DNA of 64,000 nt, taken from assembly GCA_964489445.1 (NCBI GenBank), contig CAZAYU010000002.1:355900-419899 (forward strand), in the 5' to 3' direction. Under the pieces are notes generated by a model that was not told the origin of the DNA, did not search any database, and worked only from the letters and a program-made list of their open reading frames with translations. The position numbers were made by a program, and so were the translations under genes. Source of the stretch: an uncultured Planctomycetia bacterium (GTDB taxonomy: Bacteria; Omnitrophota; Gorgyraeia; Duberdicusellales; 4484-171). Every line of letters starts with the position of its first letter. Within the stretch, counting starts at the first letter, position 1. Below are positions 50,068 through 58,873 of this stretch, piece after piece.

Positions 50068-50076
50068 TGCTATAAT
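50068..50076 (+). promoter_or_regulatory. Candidate extended -10 promoter element (TGcTATAAT) about 90 bp upstream of ACP 2
   Basis: 'tgctataat' at 50068-50076 in an AT-rich 265-bp intergenic region. Confidence 0.25.
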
Positions 50077-50164
50077 TTTTCTAGAGGGCGGAATAGATAG
50101 GTAAGATATATTGCGTAATGTGCCGTATTATGTAAGCGTAATGATTATTAAGAAGGAGGTGAAT

Positions 50165-50416
50165 ATGGAGAAAAAAGAGACAATCAGACAATTTATTATC
50201 GAATATTTTCTTTCAGGTAGCGGAGAAATTAAGGATGATGATTCATTATTTGAAGCAGGAATAATAGACTCCCTGAGCCTTCTTGAATTGATCGCTTTTA
50301 TAGAAAAAACATATGGCATTTCTATAAGCATGAGCCAAATCACTATTAGTAATTTTGATTCTATAAATAAAATCTATAAATTAATAAAAGGTAGTAAACG
50401 TAAGGGCATTAATTAG
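50165..50416 (+). CDS. Acyl/peptidyl carrier protein (ACP 2)
   Basis: 'GIIDSLSLLELIAFIEKTYG' (DSL Ser attachment site). Strong RBS 'aggaggtgaat' before the ATG at 50165. The track ORF starts earlier at 50111. Confidence 0.7.
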   Translation: MEKKETIRQFIIEYFLSGSGEIKDDDSLFEAGIIDSLSLLELIAFIEKTYGISISMSQITISNFDSINKIYKLIKGSKRKGIN

Positions 50417-50418
50417 TA

Positions 50419-52857
50419 ATGTTTAATATAAGAATTAATAATGTTACATATGATTTTTCGCGGGAGAAAAATGTTATGATGGCTTTGCGTTTCAAAGGGG
50501 CAAGGCAGCAATGTTTATTTAAGTATGCACGAAATATAAGAGATAAAGTTTTCTCTAAACAGGTCGAAATAAGGAGTGTTATCGAGTATTCTAATGTTTG
50601 TCAGCAGGCATGTAATTATTGCGGAATGAGCAAAGCGTCAATGGTAACTCGTTACATATTAAAAAGAAATCAGCTAATATCTCGTGTTAATAAGTTATAT
50701 GATTGTGGACGTAGAATTATAATATTACAGGCGGGTGAGTGCAATAATGATAATTATTTAGATAATTTGTTTGGCCTAATTAAGATGTTAAAAAATGAAT
50801 ATCCTTATTTAGTCATAGTGGGTAGTTTTGGTAATTTATCGCGAGATAATTATAAAAGATTGAGGGATATTGGGGTCGATAGGTATTTACTTAAATTTGA
50901 AACATCAGATGCTAAGCTATACAGAAGAATTAAGCCTACCGATTGTCTTAAAAAAAGACTAGATTGCATTACATTTTTAAAGAAAATAGGTTTTTATGTC
51001 AGCTCTGGCAATATAACTGGGATACCGCAACAATCTCTTAGTAGTTTAGCTGATGATATTTTTTTACTTAAAAAATTAGATATTTGCATGGGTAGCACAT
51101 CACCTTTTATTCCTAACGAGGTTTCTAATTATAGAGATTGTTTTCCGGGAGATATTAATCTTACGCTTAATTTTATAGCAATCCTAAGGATACTCTGTCC
51201 GACTATGTTAATACCTGCTACAAGTTCTTTGGAATTGATTATAAAGGGAGGCCAGTATCTGGGGCTGATGGCAGGAGCAAATGTGCTTACTTTGCATGAT
51301 GGAACTCCCGCAAATAAAGAAAAAATGTTTTTGTTGTATAAAAAGAATCGGTACAAGCCTAAGGGAATTCTATTTAATATTGTTCAAAGAGCAGGCCTGA
51401 AGCCAAGCTTATTTTCTCTTGTTAAGAATAAAGCAGAAAACTCTCTTTTTTATAAACTCGTTAGCCAGAATGTCAATCGTAAGAGTTCTTATATTTATTC
51501 CGATAGCAGTAGGTATACATACGAGGAAGTGCTATTATTGACTTCGAAATGCTGTTCGTTCTTGCAAGGCAATAATATTAAGGAGAGGGATGTAGTAATG
51601 TTAGCTTTATTTGATTCAATAGAATTCATTATTGTTTGCCTAGCTTGCATAAGACTAGGCATAATTGTTGCACCGATAGATCCGCTATCAACTGTAGACG
51701 AGCTAAGGTTTTTAATCTCTGATTGTGTACCCAAAATTATATTAGCAACAGATAGTATTGCTAAGAAATTAAGATACAAGAATGTTATGAAAATAACCAA
51801 CGATAATTGCCCTAAATATTTTTTTTCGTTGCTCTGCAGGAGAAAAAAAAGTATTTTTTTAGCTGCTGTTGATAAAAATAATCCGGCTATTATTTTGTAT
51901 ACTTCTGGGACTACAGGCAAGGCCAAAGGTGTAGTCCACAGCTATAATGATCTACTTACTATGAATTTTCCACATAAGATATTGAGGGTATGCAAAAAAG
52001 ATATTTTCTTTTCTTATTCTAGGATTTATACTAGTTTTGGTTTTGGTAATAGTTTACTTTTTCCGTTATATTGTGGTGCGTCTGTAATTTTATCCAGAAA
52101 TATCCCAAATCCGGTTGCATTGTCTGATGTGTTATTGTATAATCCTACATTATTTTTTGCGGTTCCCGGCGTGTATAAGCTATTGTTAAGAAGTAGAAAA
52201 CTAATAAAACATAATTTTAGTTGTGTTCGTCAATTTATTTCTTCTGGTGAGAGTCTCGGTGAGGATATTTTTAAGCAATGGGAAAAAGTTTATGGCTTTA
52301 GGTTATTGGATTGTTTTGGAACATCTGAGATGTGCCATCCGTTTATTTCGAATATTCCGGGAGAGGAAAAATCTGGGACTTGCGGAAAAACGGTAGAAGG
52401 ATTTCAGGTAAAGTTTGATAAAAAAGGTAAAATGTTTTACAAGGGGCCTTCCTTGTTTTCTGGATATTATAGAAGGAATAAATTTGTAAAAGAAACAATG
52501 GTGGTTGATGGATGGTTTGAATCAAATGATATTGGACGCGTAGATAAAAATGGCAGTATAGTTTTAAAAGGCAGAGACAATCTAATATTTAAGATTAATG
52601 GTAAGTGGATTTCAGCCTTAAATATAGAGGATAAAATAAATCGATTGGAGTTAATAAAGGAAAGCGCTGCTATAAAGAAAGCAGACGGTTTATATCTGTA
52701 TGTTTCTTTAAATTTAAAGGAAATAAAACCTGTTGAGGCTATAAGCTTAGTAAGAAGTTATTGTGTAGAAAAATTGAAAATTAACGAATTTCCCGTAAAA
52801 ATAAACTTGTTAGATGAAATACCGAAGACAAGAAGCGGGAAAATTAAAAGACAGTAA
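50419..52857 (+). CDS. Fusion protein: N-terminal HydE/PylB/BioB-like radical SAM domain plus C-terminal adenylation (AMP-binding, acyl-CoA-synthetase/DltA-like) domain
   Basis: Radical SAM: 'IEYSNVCQQACNYCGMS' (CX3CX2C) and 'IIILQAGE', reminiscent of HydE/PylB 'SNYC..NC.YCG...VLQSGE'. Adenylation: 'ILYTSGTTGKAKGVV' (A3), 'GESLG', 'GFRLLDCFGTSE' (A5), 'GWFESNDIGRVDKNGSIVLKGRDNLIFKINGKWI' (A7/A8), 'PKTRSGKIKRQ' (A10). It is a single 812-aa frame. Confidence 0.75.
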   Translation: MFNIRINNVTYDFSREKNVMMALRFKGARQQCLFKYARNIRDKVFSKQVEIRSVIEYSNVCQQACNYCGMSKASMVTRYILKRNQLISRVNKLYDCGRRIIILQAGECNNDNYLDNLFGLIKMLKNEYPYLVIVGSFGNLSRDNYKRLRDIGVDRYLLKFETSDAKLYRRIKPTDCLKKRLDCITFLKKIGFYVSSGNITGIPQQSLSSLADDIFLLKKLDICMGSTSPFIPNEVSNYRDCFPGDINLTLNFIAILRILCPTMLIPATSSLELIIKGGQYLGLMAGANVLTLHDGTPANKEKMFLLYKKNRYKPKGILFNIVQRAGLKPSLFSLVKNKAENSLFYKLVSQNVNRKSSYIYSDSSRYTYEEVLLLTSKCCSFLQGNNIKERDVVMLALFDSIEFIIVCLACIRLGIIVAPIDPLSTVDELRFLISDCVPKIILATDSIAKKLRYKNVMKITNDNCPKYFFSLLCRRKKSIFLAAVDKNNPAIILYTSGTTGKAKGVVHSYNDLLTMNFPHKILRVCKKDIFFSYSRIYTSFGFGNSLLFPLYCGASVILSRNIPNPVALSDVLLYNPTLFFAVPGVYKLLLRSRKLIKHNFSCVRQFISSGESLGEDIFKQWEKVYGFRLLDCFGTSEMCHPFISNIPGEEKSGTCGKTVEGFQVKFDKKGKMFYKGPSLFSGYYRRNKFVKETMVVDGWFESNDIGRVDKNGSIVLKGRDNLIFKINGKWISALNIEDKINRLELIKESAAIKKADGLYLYVSLNLKEIKPVEAISLVRSYCVEKLKINEFPVKINLLDEIPKTRSGKIKRQ

Positions 52858-52974
52858 TGTTAAAAAGTATTTAATCCAGGGTATTCTCAATTTCTATTAA
52901 ATATTAATCTTGTATTGGTTTTCTAATTTTAGTTTCTCAAAGATTTAAAAGATATACCTTAATTCATGTAGAAT

Positions 52975-54402
52975 ATGGTTAAAATTATATATCGTTTATT
53001 TTTTGTTTTTATGGGCCTTACAATAGTGAATGGAGCATGGTGTTTTGAATTCTGTGCTTATGGGCAGGCTAAGGATGGATCTATGAGTATTAGGAAGAAA
53101 ACAGCATATAATGTTATTTTAATTTCTGTGCCTTGTTTAAGGTTTGACCATTTAAGCTGTTATGGCTATTCAAGAGCAACTACACCCAATATTGATAAGT
53201 TTGCTAAAAAAAGTTTTCTTTTTACTCAAGCGTATTCTCAATCTACATGGACTTTACCGAGTATGGCATCGTTGTTTACTTCTAAGGATGTAATAGATCA
53301 TAAAGTATTTAATTGTGAAACTAAACTTGCAGATTTTGAGTTGACTCTTGCTGAAGTATTAAATATTTTTGGGTACAAGACAGCAGCATTTACTTCGGGG
53401 GTTCATTTTAATAAGAGGTTTAATTTACATCAAGGGTTTGATGTGTATGAAGATATTCCTTTTTCTACATCTGCAGTAAAAACAGGAAAGATAGGGTTAA
53501 AATTAACTGGTAAAAGAGAGATAAAAGATTTTTTTCCCTCTATCGTTGAGTGGCTTGAATGTAATCGGGGTGAAAAGTTTTTTTTATTTGTGGATATTAA
53601 CGATGTGCATCAACCATTTTATTCGCCCGAAGATGGTGATGAAAATATGTTTGATCCCGAATATGAGGGTATAGTAGATAGCCTTTATCTAGATTCATTG
53701 TTAAAAGAGAAAATGCGTGGAGATTTAATAGTAAGGGACGACGGAGAAGTAATAAAGTTGCAAAAGAAGGATGTAGATCATATAATTTCACATTATGATG
53801 CGGGGATCTATTATACAGATAAGTATTTTGGGAAATTAATGAATGAACTTGGCAATATGCAATTGTTAGAAAATACTATAGTTATTTTGACATCTCCGCA
53901 CGGGATTGACCTTTTTGATCATTTTACGTTGTTTCATTATACACATAGCTATCCGTATGAAGAATTAGTTCATGTTCCCTTAATATTTTTTCATCCTAGC
54001 ATAGAAGCAAGTAATATGCGGATTAAGGAACGAGTTCAGCTAATTGATATTTTTCCTACTATTTTAGAGTGTTGTAATATTACTGTGCCCAAGGCAATAA
54101 AAGGAGTTAGTCTATTTTCTTTGATTAAAGATGGAGAAAACATAGATTTATTAAATCGAGATATTTATTTTACATCTGCAATTCCTTCAGGGAGTGATTT
54201 TACCTGGAAAAGCACATATGGTGTTCGTGCATTAAATTGGAAGCTTTTTATGCGGTTTAGTAAACCTCATTGCTCTGTGTATGAATTATATAATTTAGAT
54301 GAAGACCCTTACGAATTAAATAATTTGATTTACGAAGAAAAAGACGTCAGAACGCAGCTAATCATAAAACTTAATGAATGGATAAAGAATGCAGATGAGT
54401 AA
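52975..54402 (+). CDS. Exported sulfatase-fold enzyme, paralog 2 (Thr in the nucleophile position, no FGly motif)
   Basis: Signal peptide. 'LRFDHLSCYGYSRATTPNIDKFA'. 'SQSTWTLPSMASLFTSK'. C-terminal 'LYNLDEDPYELNNLI'. The first metal-ligand Asp pair appears to be replaced ('ISVPCL'). Confidence 0.7.
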   Translation: MVKIIYRLFFVFMGLTIVNGAWCFEFCAYGQAKDGSMSIRKKTAYNVILISVPCLRFDHLSCYGYSRATTPNIDKFAKKSFLFTQAYSQSTWTLPSMASLFTSKDVIDHKVFNCETKLADFELTLAEVLNIFGYKTAAFTSGVHFNKRFNLHQGFDVYEDIPFSTSAVKTGKIGLKLTGKREIKDFFPSIVEWLECNRGEKFFLFVDINDVHQPFYSPEDGDENMFDPEYEGIVDSLYLDSLLKEKMRGDLIVRDDGEVIKLQKKDVDHIISHYDAGIYYTDKYFGKLMNELGNMQLLENTIVILTSPHGIDLFDHFTLFHYTHSYPYEELVHVPLIFFHPSIEASNMRIKERVQLIDIFPTILECCNITVPKAIKGVSLFSLIKDGENIDLLNRDIYFTSAIPSGSDFTWKSTYGVRALNWKLFMRFSKPHCSVYELYNLDEDPYELNNLIYEEKDVRTQLIIKLNEWIKNADE

Positions 54403-54485
54403 TGGGTTTAGCAATGGTAAGCGATTTTCATCCATCATGATAGGGCATAAAAATTTGACAACAATCCAAGAGGAGAGCGAATAAG

Positions 54486-54638
54486 ATGAGATTTAATTAT
54501 AAGGATTTTATTCAAATAATTTTGACTCAAAATAAATGGTGGGTGACAACAATGCTTATTAGTACAATATTGATTGTCTTTATAATTTTGTATTTGATAA
54601 AATATGAGACTAGTGAGTTTATCTATAGCCTGTTTTAG
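54486..54638 (+). CDS. Unannotated 50-aa membrane peptide ending ...SEFIYSLF, paralogous to the peptide at 19461-19706
   Basis: Translation 'MRFNYKDFIQIILTQNKWWVTTMLISTILIVFIILYLIKYETSEFIYSLF'. RBS 'gaggagagcgaataag' before the ATG. It is absent from the ORF track because it is short. Confidence 0.5.
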   Translation: MRFNYKDFIQIILTQNKWWVTTMLISTILIVFIILYLIKYETSEFIYSLF

Positions 54639-54640
54639 TC

Positions 54641-56206
54641 TTGCAACCAGATATTATGGTTAAAAATAATTGTTTGTTTCTTAAGAGGAAAATTTTATTG
54701 ATAATATTCGGAATATTTTTTTCTTTAATAGTTGTTGAGCTGGGATTGCGAATCGTTGGGTGGGGGTGGTCGGCGCATGATAACTTTAGAAATAAATCTT
54801 ATTTGGTTGAAACCGATTCGGATACAATCAGGATTCTTTGCTTGGGGGCATGCTATACAGCTGGAGTGGGAGTTGAGCCAGATAAAACATATCCACATTA
54901 CTTAGAGAAATTTTTAAGCGAGCATTACCCAACAAAATCTTTTCGTGTTATTAATCGAGGTGTTCGTGGTAAAACATTGTCGTTTTTTGTGAATCGGTTA
55001 GAGCGTTTTGTAAAAGATTATTCTCCTCGAATAATTATTATGAATATAGGAAGTAGTGTGGATTTTTATGAGAAAAATGTGCTTTTAGCGAATAGCAATT
55101 TATTATCTTCTGTTGATAAAATTAAAATTAGCTTGCGTATATTTCTCAAAAAATTTAAAATTTATAGAGTGTTTAATCTTATGTTTTCTTCACTAAACAG
55201 AAGAAATGCGGAAATAAACGATAAGGAGGATATTTCTCGAGAATTTTATGCGGAAGGTGAAGAAAATAAGTATCATGCCCAGGTTAGGGAGTTGCAATGT
55301 AAAGTTAAGGTAGACCCACAATCTTCTGAAAATTGGAGTCGTCTTGCTTTTATTTATGCAGACCAAGGGCTTTATCAGTTGTCAGAAAAATACATAAAAA
55401 AAGCCATAGAACTTGACCAAAACAATGGATGGAATTATTTGCATTTATTTTGGTGTTATGTCTTTCAACGTGAGTATGAATTAGCGGTAAGGTCTCAAAA
55501 ACAAGCGCTAGATGTGGACCCTGCTATTATCAAATGGCTGGATGATGAGATAAAAAATATCAATGGATTTATAAAGCGTAAGCCGTATGTAATGTCATAT
55601 TATTTCCATTTATCAGATAGGTATGCTATGCTTGGTGATTATGAGCGCGCTATAAAAACGCTAAAACAGATTTTATATAAAGGTCCTGACCATATTGATT
55701 ATGTTGATAGATTGTCTTTTTATGAGACAGTGGTTCGAAAAACAAAGAACAGCGATGAAATATGCGTAAATAGTTCAGTAGGTAGGAAAAAGTATTTCAA
55801 TCGGGAAAATAGCCAGCATTGGGCGTTTATGGCTGAAGCAGAAGGCTTTCTTAAAGAAAAAATACCCGTAAATGATTCAGAAAAACTAGATGGATGTAAA
55901 ATATTTGACAGATTATTTAAATATAATTTAAGAAAAATTAATAAAATTGCCAGAAAATATAATATTAAATTTTTTCTTGAAAATATGGGGTCTTCATTTG
56001 AGCAGCAAGAGATTGTAGAAAGTGCTTGCAAAGAATCAAATATACCTTTGGTTGATTTGTATTCTTATTTTAGAAATACATCGGATGATGCGAGCCTTTT
56101 CCATTCTTCTGTTTCCTTGAGGCTTAGTGAAAAAGGGAATAAAATTGTAGCTGAGAAAATATTTAAAGCGTTAGTAAGTGCTGGTGTTGTAGATGAGGTT
56201 AATTAG
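54641..56206 (+). CDS. SGNH-like paralog with an inserted TPR-repeat region. The catalytic GDS is replaced by GAC.
   Basis: 'IRILCLGACYTAGVGVE...YPHYLEKFLSEHYP...INRGVRG' is collinear with the 18268 protein 'IRVMCVGDSTTFGVCVD...YPTILERLLKAKYP...LNTGIPG'. A TPR-like segment spans about residues 200-330. The probable start is the ATG at 54656. Confidence 0.6.
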   Translation: MQPDIMVKNNCLFLKRKILLIIFGIFFSLIVVELGLRIVGWGWSAHDNFRNKSYLVETDSDTIRILCLGACYTAGVGVEPDKTYPHYLEKFLSEHYPTKSFRVINRGVRGKTLSFFVNRLERFVKDYSPRIIIMNIGSSVDFYEKNVLLANSNLLSSVDKIKISLRIFLKKFKIYRVFNLMFSSLNRRNAEINDKEDISREFYAEGEENKYHAQVRELQCKVKVDPQSSENWSRLAFIYADQGLYQLSEKYIKKAIELDQNNGWNYLHLFWCYVFQREYELAVRSQKQALDVDPAIIKWLDDEIKNINGFIKRKPYVMSYYFHLSDRYAMLGDYERAIKTLKQILYKGPDHIDYVDRLSFYETVVRKTKNSDEICVNSSVGRKKYFNRENSQHWAFMAEAEGFLKEKIPVNDSEKLDGCKIFDRLFKYNLRKINKIARKYNIKFFLENMGSSFEQQEIVESACKESNIPLVDLYSYFRNTSDDASLFHSSVSLRLSEKGNKIVAEKIFKALVSAGVVDEVN

Positions 56207-57446
56207 TAGAGTTTTGCTTTTTTTGTTTATTTTTTTTATCTGTATTGTGTTGTTTGGTAAGATAAATGTAAAATCTGCTGAACAATCTGATTATAACGTA
56301 ATTATTATTAATCTTGAAGGCTTGAGTGTTGGCGATATTGGTTGCTGTAGGGGGGCAAGTCCTAACATAGGTAATTTTATTAAAGAAGGGATAATATTTA
56401 ATCAAGTAGCAACGCAGAGTCCATGGTCTTTTTCTAGCCAAGCATCAATATTAACTTCAAAATATGTTCATGCGCATGGTGTTTATAACAAAAATCAAAA
56501 ATTATCGGAAAAAGAAATGACTTTAGGTGAAGTTTTAAAAATATATGGGTACAATACCGCGGCTTTTATTGGTAGCTTAGATGTGGTAGCTGATAGCGGG
56601 TTAAATCAAGGTTTTGACTTATATCGTTACAATAAAGGCAGGAGTGGAATTCAATGGACAAAAATAATTTTTAACAAGGCATTACAATGGCTAAAGAAAA
56701 ACAAAGATAGTAAGTTTTTTTTGTATTTAAATATCGAAGGGCTGTATCCTTCTTCAGAGTTTTTAAGTAAAGACAGGAAAGTAGACAAAAGTAATAGTAT
56801 CTCTATAGGTAGAAACTGTGATGAATATGTTCTCTTAATGAACAAATTTACAGGAAAATTGTTAGAGCGTGTGGAGCATTTTGGGTTGGCGGATAAAACT
56901 ATGATTTTCTTGATATCTGGATTTGGTAGAAAATTATCAAACAGAAATGAGTTAAATCGAGACAATCTTAATGAAGAATTTGTCCATGTCCCCTTAATGG
57001 TTAGGTATCCCGGTTGCCCAAAGAATAAGCAAATTGAAGAAGCAGTCCAACTTATTGATATTATGCCTACTATCCTTGATTTTTTAGATATCCCGTTAAA
57101 TAAAGAGGCGCAAGGCAAAAGCATAATTTCAGTTGTTGAGAATGTGAAAAGTATAGGAGAGATTAATCCATATGTTTATTCTGAATCTGACAGGGGTAAA
57201 GTAGCAATAAGAACAAAGAAATGGAAAATGATAACATGGCTCGGAAACTATAAGTTGTACAATCTTAATGATGACCCCTTAGAAATAAATGATTTAGCAT
57301 GTCAAAACCCAGATATTGTTTATGAATTTGTTCAAAAGCTATCCGAGTGGTACAAGCAAACCAAGCCCCTAAAGCCATTTTCTATTGATAGGGTTAATAT
57401 TACTGACGAGGTAAGGAAAAAATTGATGGAGATAGGATATTGGTAG
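56193..57446 (+). CDS. Exported sulfatase-fold enzyme, paralog 3 (Ser in the nucleophile position; divergent)
   Basis: 'ATQSPWSFSSQASILTSKYVHAHG'. C-terminal 'LYNLNDDPLEINDLA'. Signal/TM N-terminus. Confidence 0.65.
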   Translation: MRLISRVLLFLFIFFICIVLFGKINVKSAEQSDYNVIIINLEGLSVGDIGCCRGASPNIGNFIKEGIIFNQVATQSPWSFSSQASILTSKYVHAHGVYNKNQKLSEKEMTLGEVLKIYGYNTAAFIGSLDVVADSGLNQGFDLYRYNKGRSGIQWTKIIFNKALQWLKKNKDSKFFLYLNIEGLYPSSEFLSKDRKVDKSNSISIGRNCDEYVLLMNKFTGKLLERVEHFGLADKTMIFLISGFGRKLSNRNELNRDNLNEEFVHVPLMVRYPGCPKNKQIEEAVQLIDIMPTILDFLDIPLNKEAQGKSIISVVENVKSIGEINPYVYSESDRGKVAIRTKKWKMITWLGNYKLYNLNDDPLEINDLACQNPDIVYEFVQKLSEWYKQTKPLKPFSIDRVNITDEVRKKLMEIGYW

Positions 57447-57494
57447 CCAGTTTACTTTAATGTTGTGTTAGGTTGTTAGCGGATAATCAAAAAA

Positions 57495-58853
57495 ATGAGA
57501 AAGATTATTTTTTTTAATATATTAGTAATTTTAAATTTAATTTTTTTTGATTTTATCTTATATGCTGATAGTGAGAAAAAGGGGAGGCCTGAAACAAGAA
57601 AGAAACATAATATCATTTTAATAGATGTTGACTCCCTAAGACCCGATCATTTAAGCTGCTATGGGTATAAAAGAGCAACTTCTCCTGGTATTGACGAATT
57701 GGCATCTAGAGGTATTCTTTTTAGACAGGCGATTAGTCAATCTAACTTTACTCTTCCTAGCATAGCTTCCTTATTTACTTCCAAATATGTTTCTGCTCAC
57801 GGGGTTAATTTAGATGATAAGAAGCTTAATCAGATGGAGCTCACTCTAGCGGAGATACTGAAAATTTATGGTTATTCTACGGCAGCTTACGTGGGAACTC
57901 CTCATTTAAATAAAATATATGGCTTTGATCAGGGGTTTGATTTGTATCATGATGAGTTTCAGGATAATCCAGAAGGGTCTTTTAAGGTAATAATGCCTCT
58001 AGCGATTGAATGGATCGAAAATCATAAATGGACTAATTTTTTTCTTTTTTTACATAGTTATGATGTTCACACATCTTATCATTGTCATCCCGACTTTGAT
58101 AATATCTACGATCCTGGCTATAAAGGTATTGTTGATATGCTATATTTGCATTATGCTTTTCTTCAAAAAGTTAAAAAAGGTGAAGTCTTCTTAGATGAAA
58201 ATAAAACTCAAAAAATAACATTAACGCAGAAAGATATTGACCATATTATTGCTCACTATGATGGAGGAATTACTTATGCAGATCATTATGTTGATTTATT
58301 GATTAGTAAATTAAGAGAGTTAAGCATTTTAAAAGATACAATAATTTTTTTATTTTCTTCTCATGGAGAAGGACTTTTAGACCATCAAAAACGATATTTG
58401 CAGCTTGAAGGACCGGAATTTTCCGGATTCGGACACACTAATTTGTATTATGATGAGGTCTTAAGAGTGCCGCTCATCATCTATCATCCGGGTATTAAAG
58501 GTAAATATGAAATATTTTCTCAAGTTCAGCTTATTGATATTATGCCTACTATTCTTGATTTTTTGGATATCCAGTTTAATGAAGAAGCACAGGGCAAAAG
58601 CGTAGTTCCTCTTATCGAAGGAAATGCTAGTGAAGATTTCAATAAATACGTATTCTCAGAGATAGGTTATGGTTTTTTAGCTGTAAGGACAGAAAAGTGG
58701 AAATTAATATGCTATGAGGAAGAATGTGAGCTTTACGATTTAGATAATGACCCAAAAGAATCAAATAATTTAAGCAATAAGAGACCAGACATTGTTAGTG
58801 AATTATTTCTAATTTTGAGAAAATGGCATATCAGCAATAAAAATAATAGTTAA
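57495..58853 (+). CDS. Exported sulfatase-fold enzyme, paralog 4 (Thr in the nucleophile position)
   Basis: 'IDVDSLRPDHLSCYGYKRATSPGIDELA'. 'SQSNFTLPSIASLFTSKYVSAHG'. C-terminal 'LYDLDNDPKESNNLS'. Confidence 0.7.
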   Translation: MRKIIFFNILVILNLIFFDFILYADSEKKGRPETRKKHNIILIDVDSLRPDHLSCYGYKRATSPGIDELASRGILFRQAISQSNFTLPSIASLFTSKYVSAHGVNLDDKKLNQMELTLAEILKIYGYSTAAYVGTPHLNKIYGFDQGFDLYHDEFQDNPEGSFKVIMPLAIEWIENHKWTNFFLFLHSYDVHTSYHCHPDFDNIYDPGYKGIVDMLYLHYAFLQKVKKGEVFLDENKTQKITLTQKDIDHIIAHYDGGITYADHYVDLLISKLRELSILKDTIIFLFSSHGEGLLDHQKRYLQLEGPEFSGFGHTNLYYDEVLRVPLIIYHPGIKGKYEIFSQVQLIDIMPTILDFLDIQFNEEAQGKSVVPLIEGNASEDFNKYVFSEIGYGFLAVRTEKWKLICYEEECELYDLDNDPKESNNLSNKRPDIVSELFLILRKWHISNKNNS

Positions 58854-58873
58854 ATACTCATCTGCATGTAGTC

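Noticed and set aside
40404-58853. Calling the four PF00884-like proteins 'arylsulfatases'.
   Set aside because: All four lack the C/S-x-P-x-R formylglycine motif. They have Thr or Ser at the nucleophile position, and no maturase gene is present. The fold-level call is kept, but the sulfatase function is rejected.
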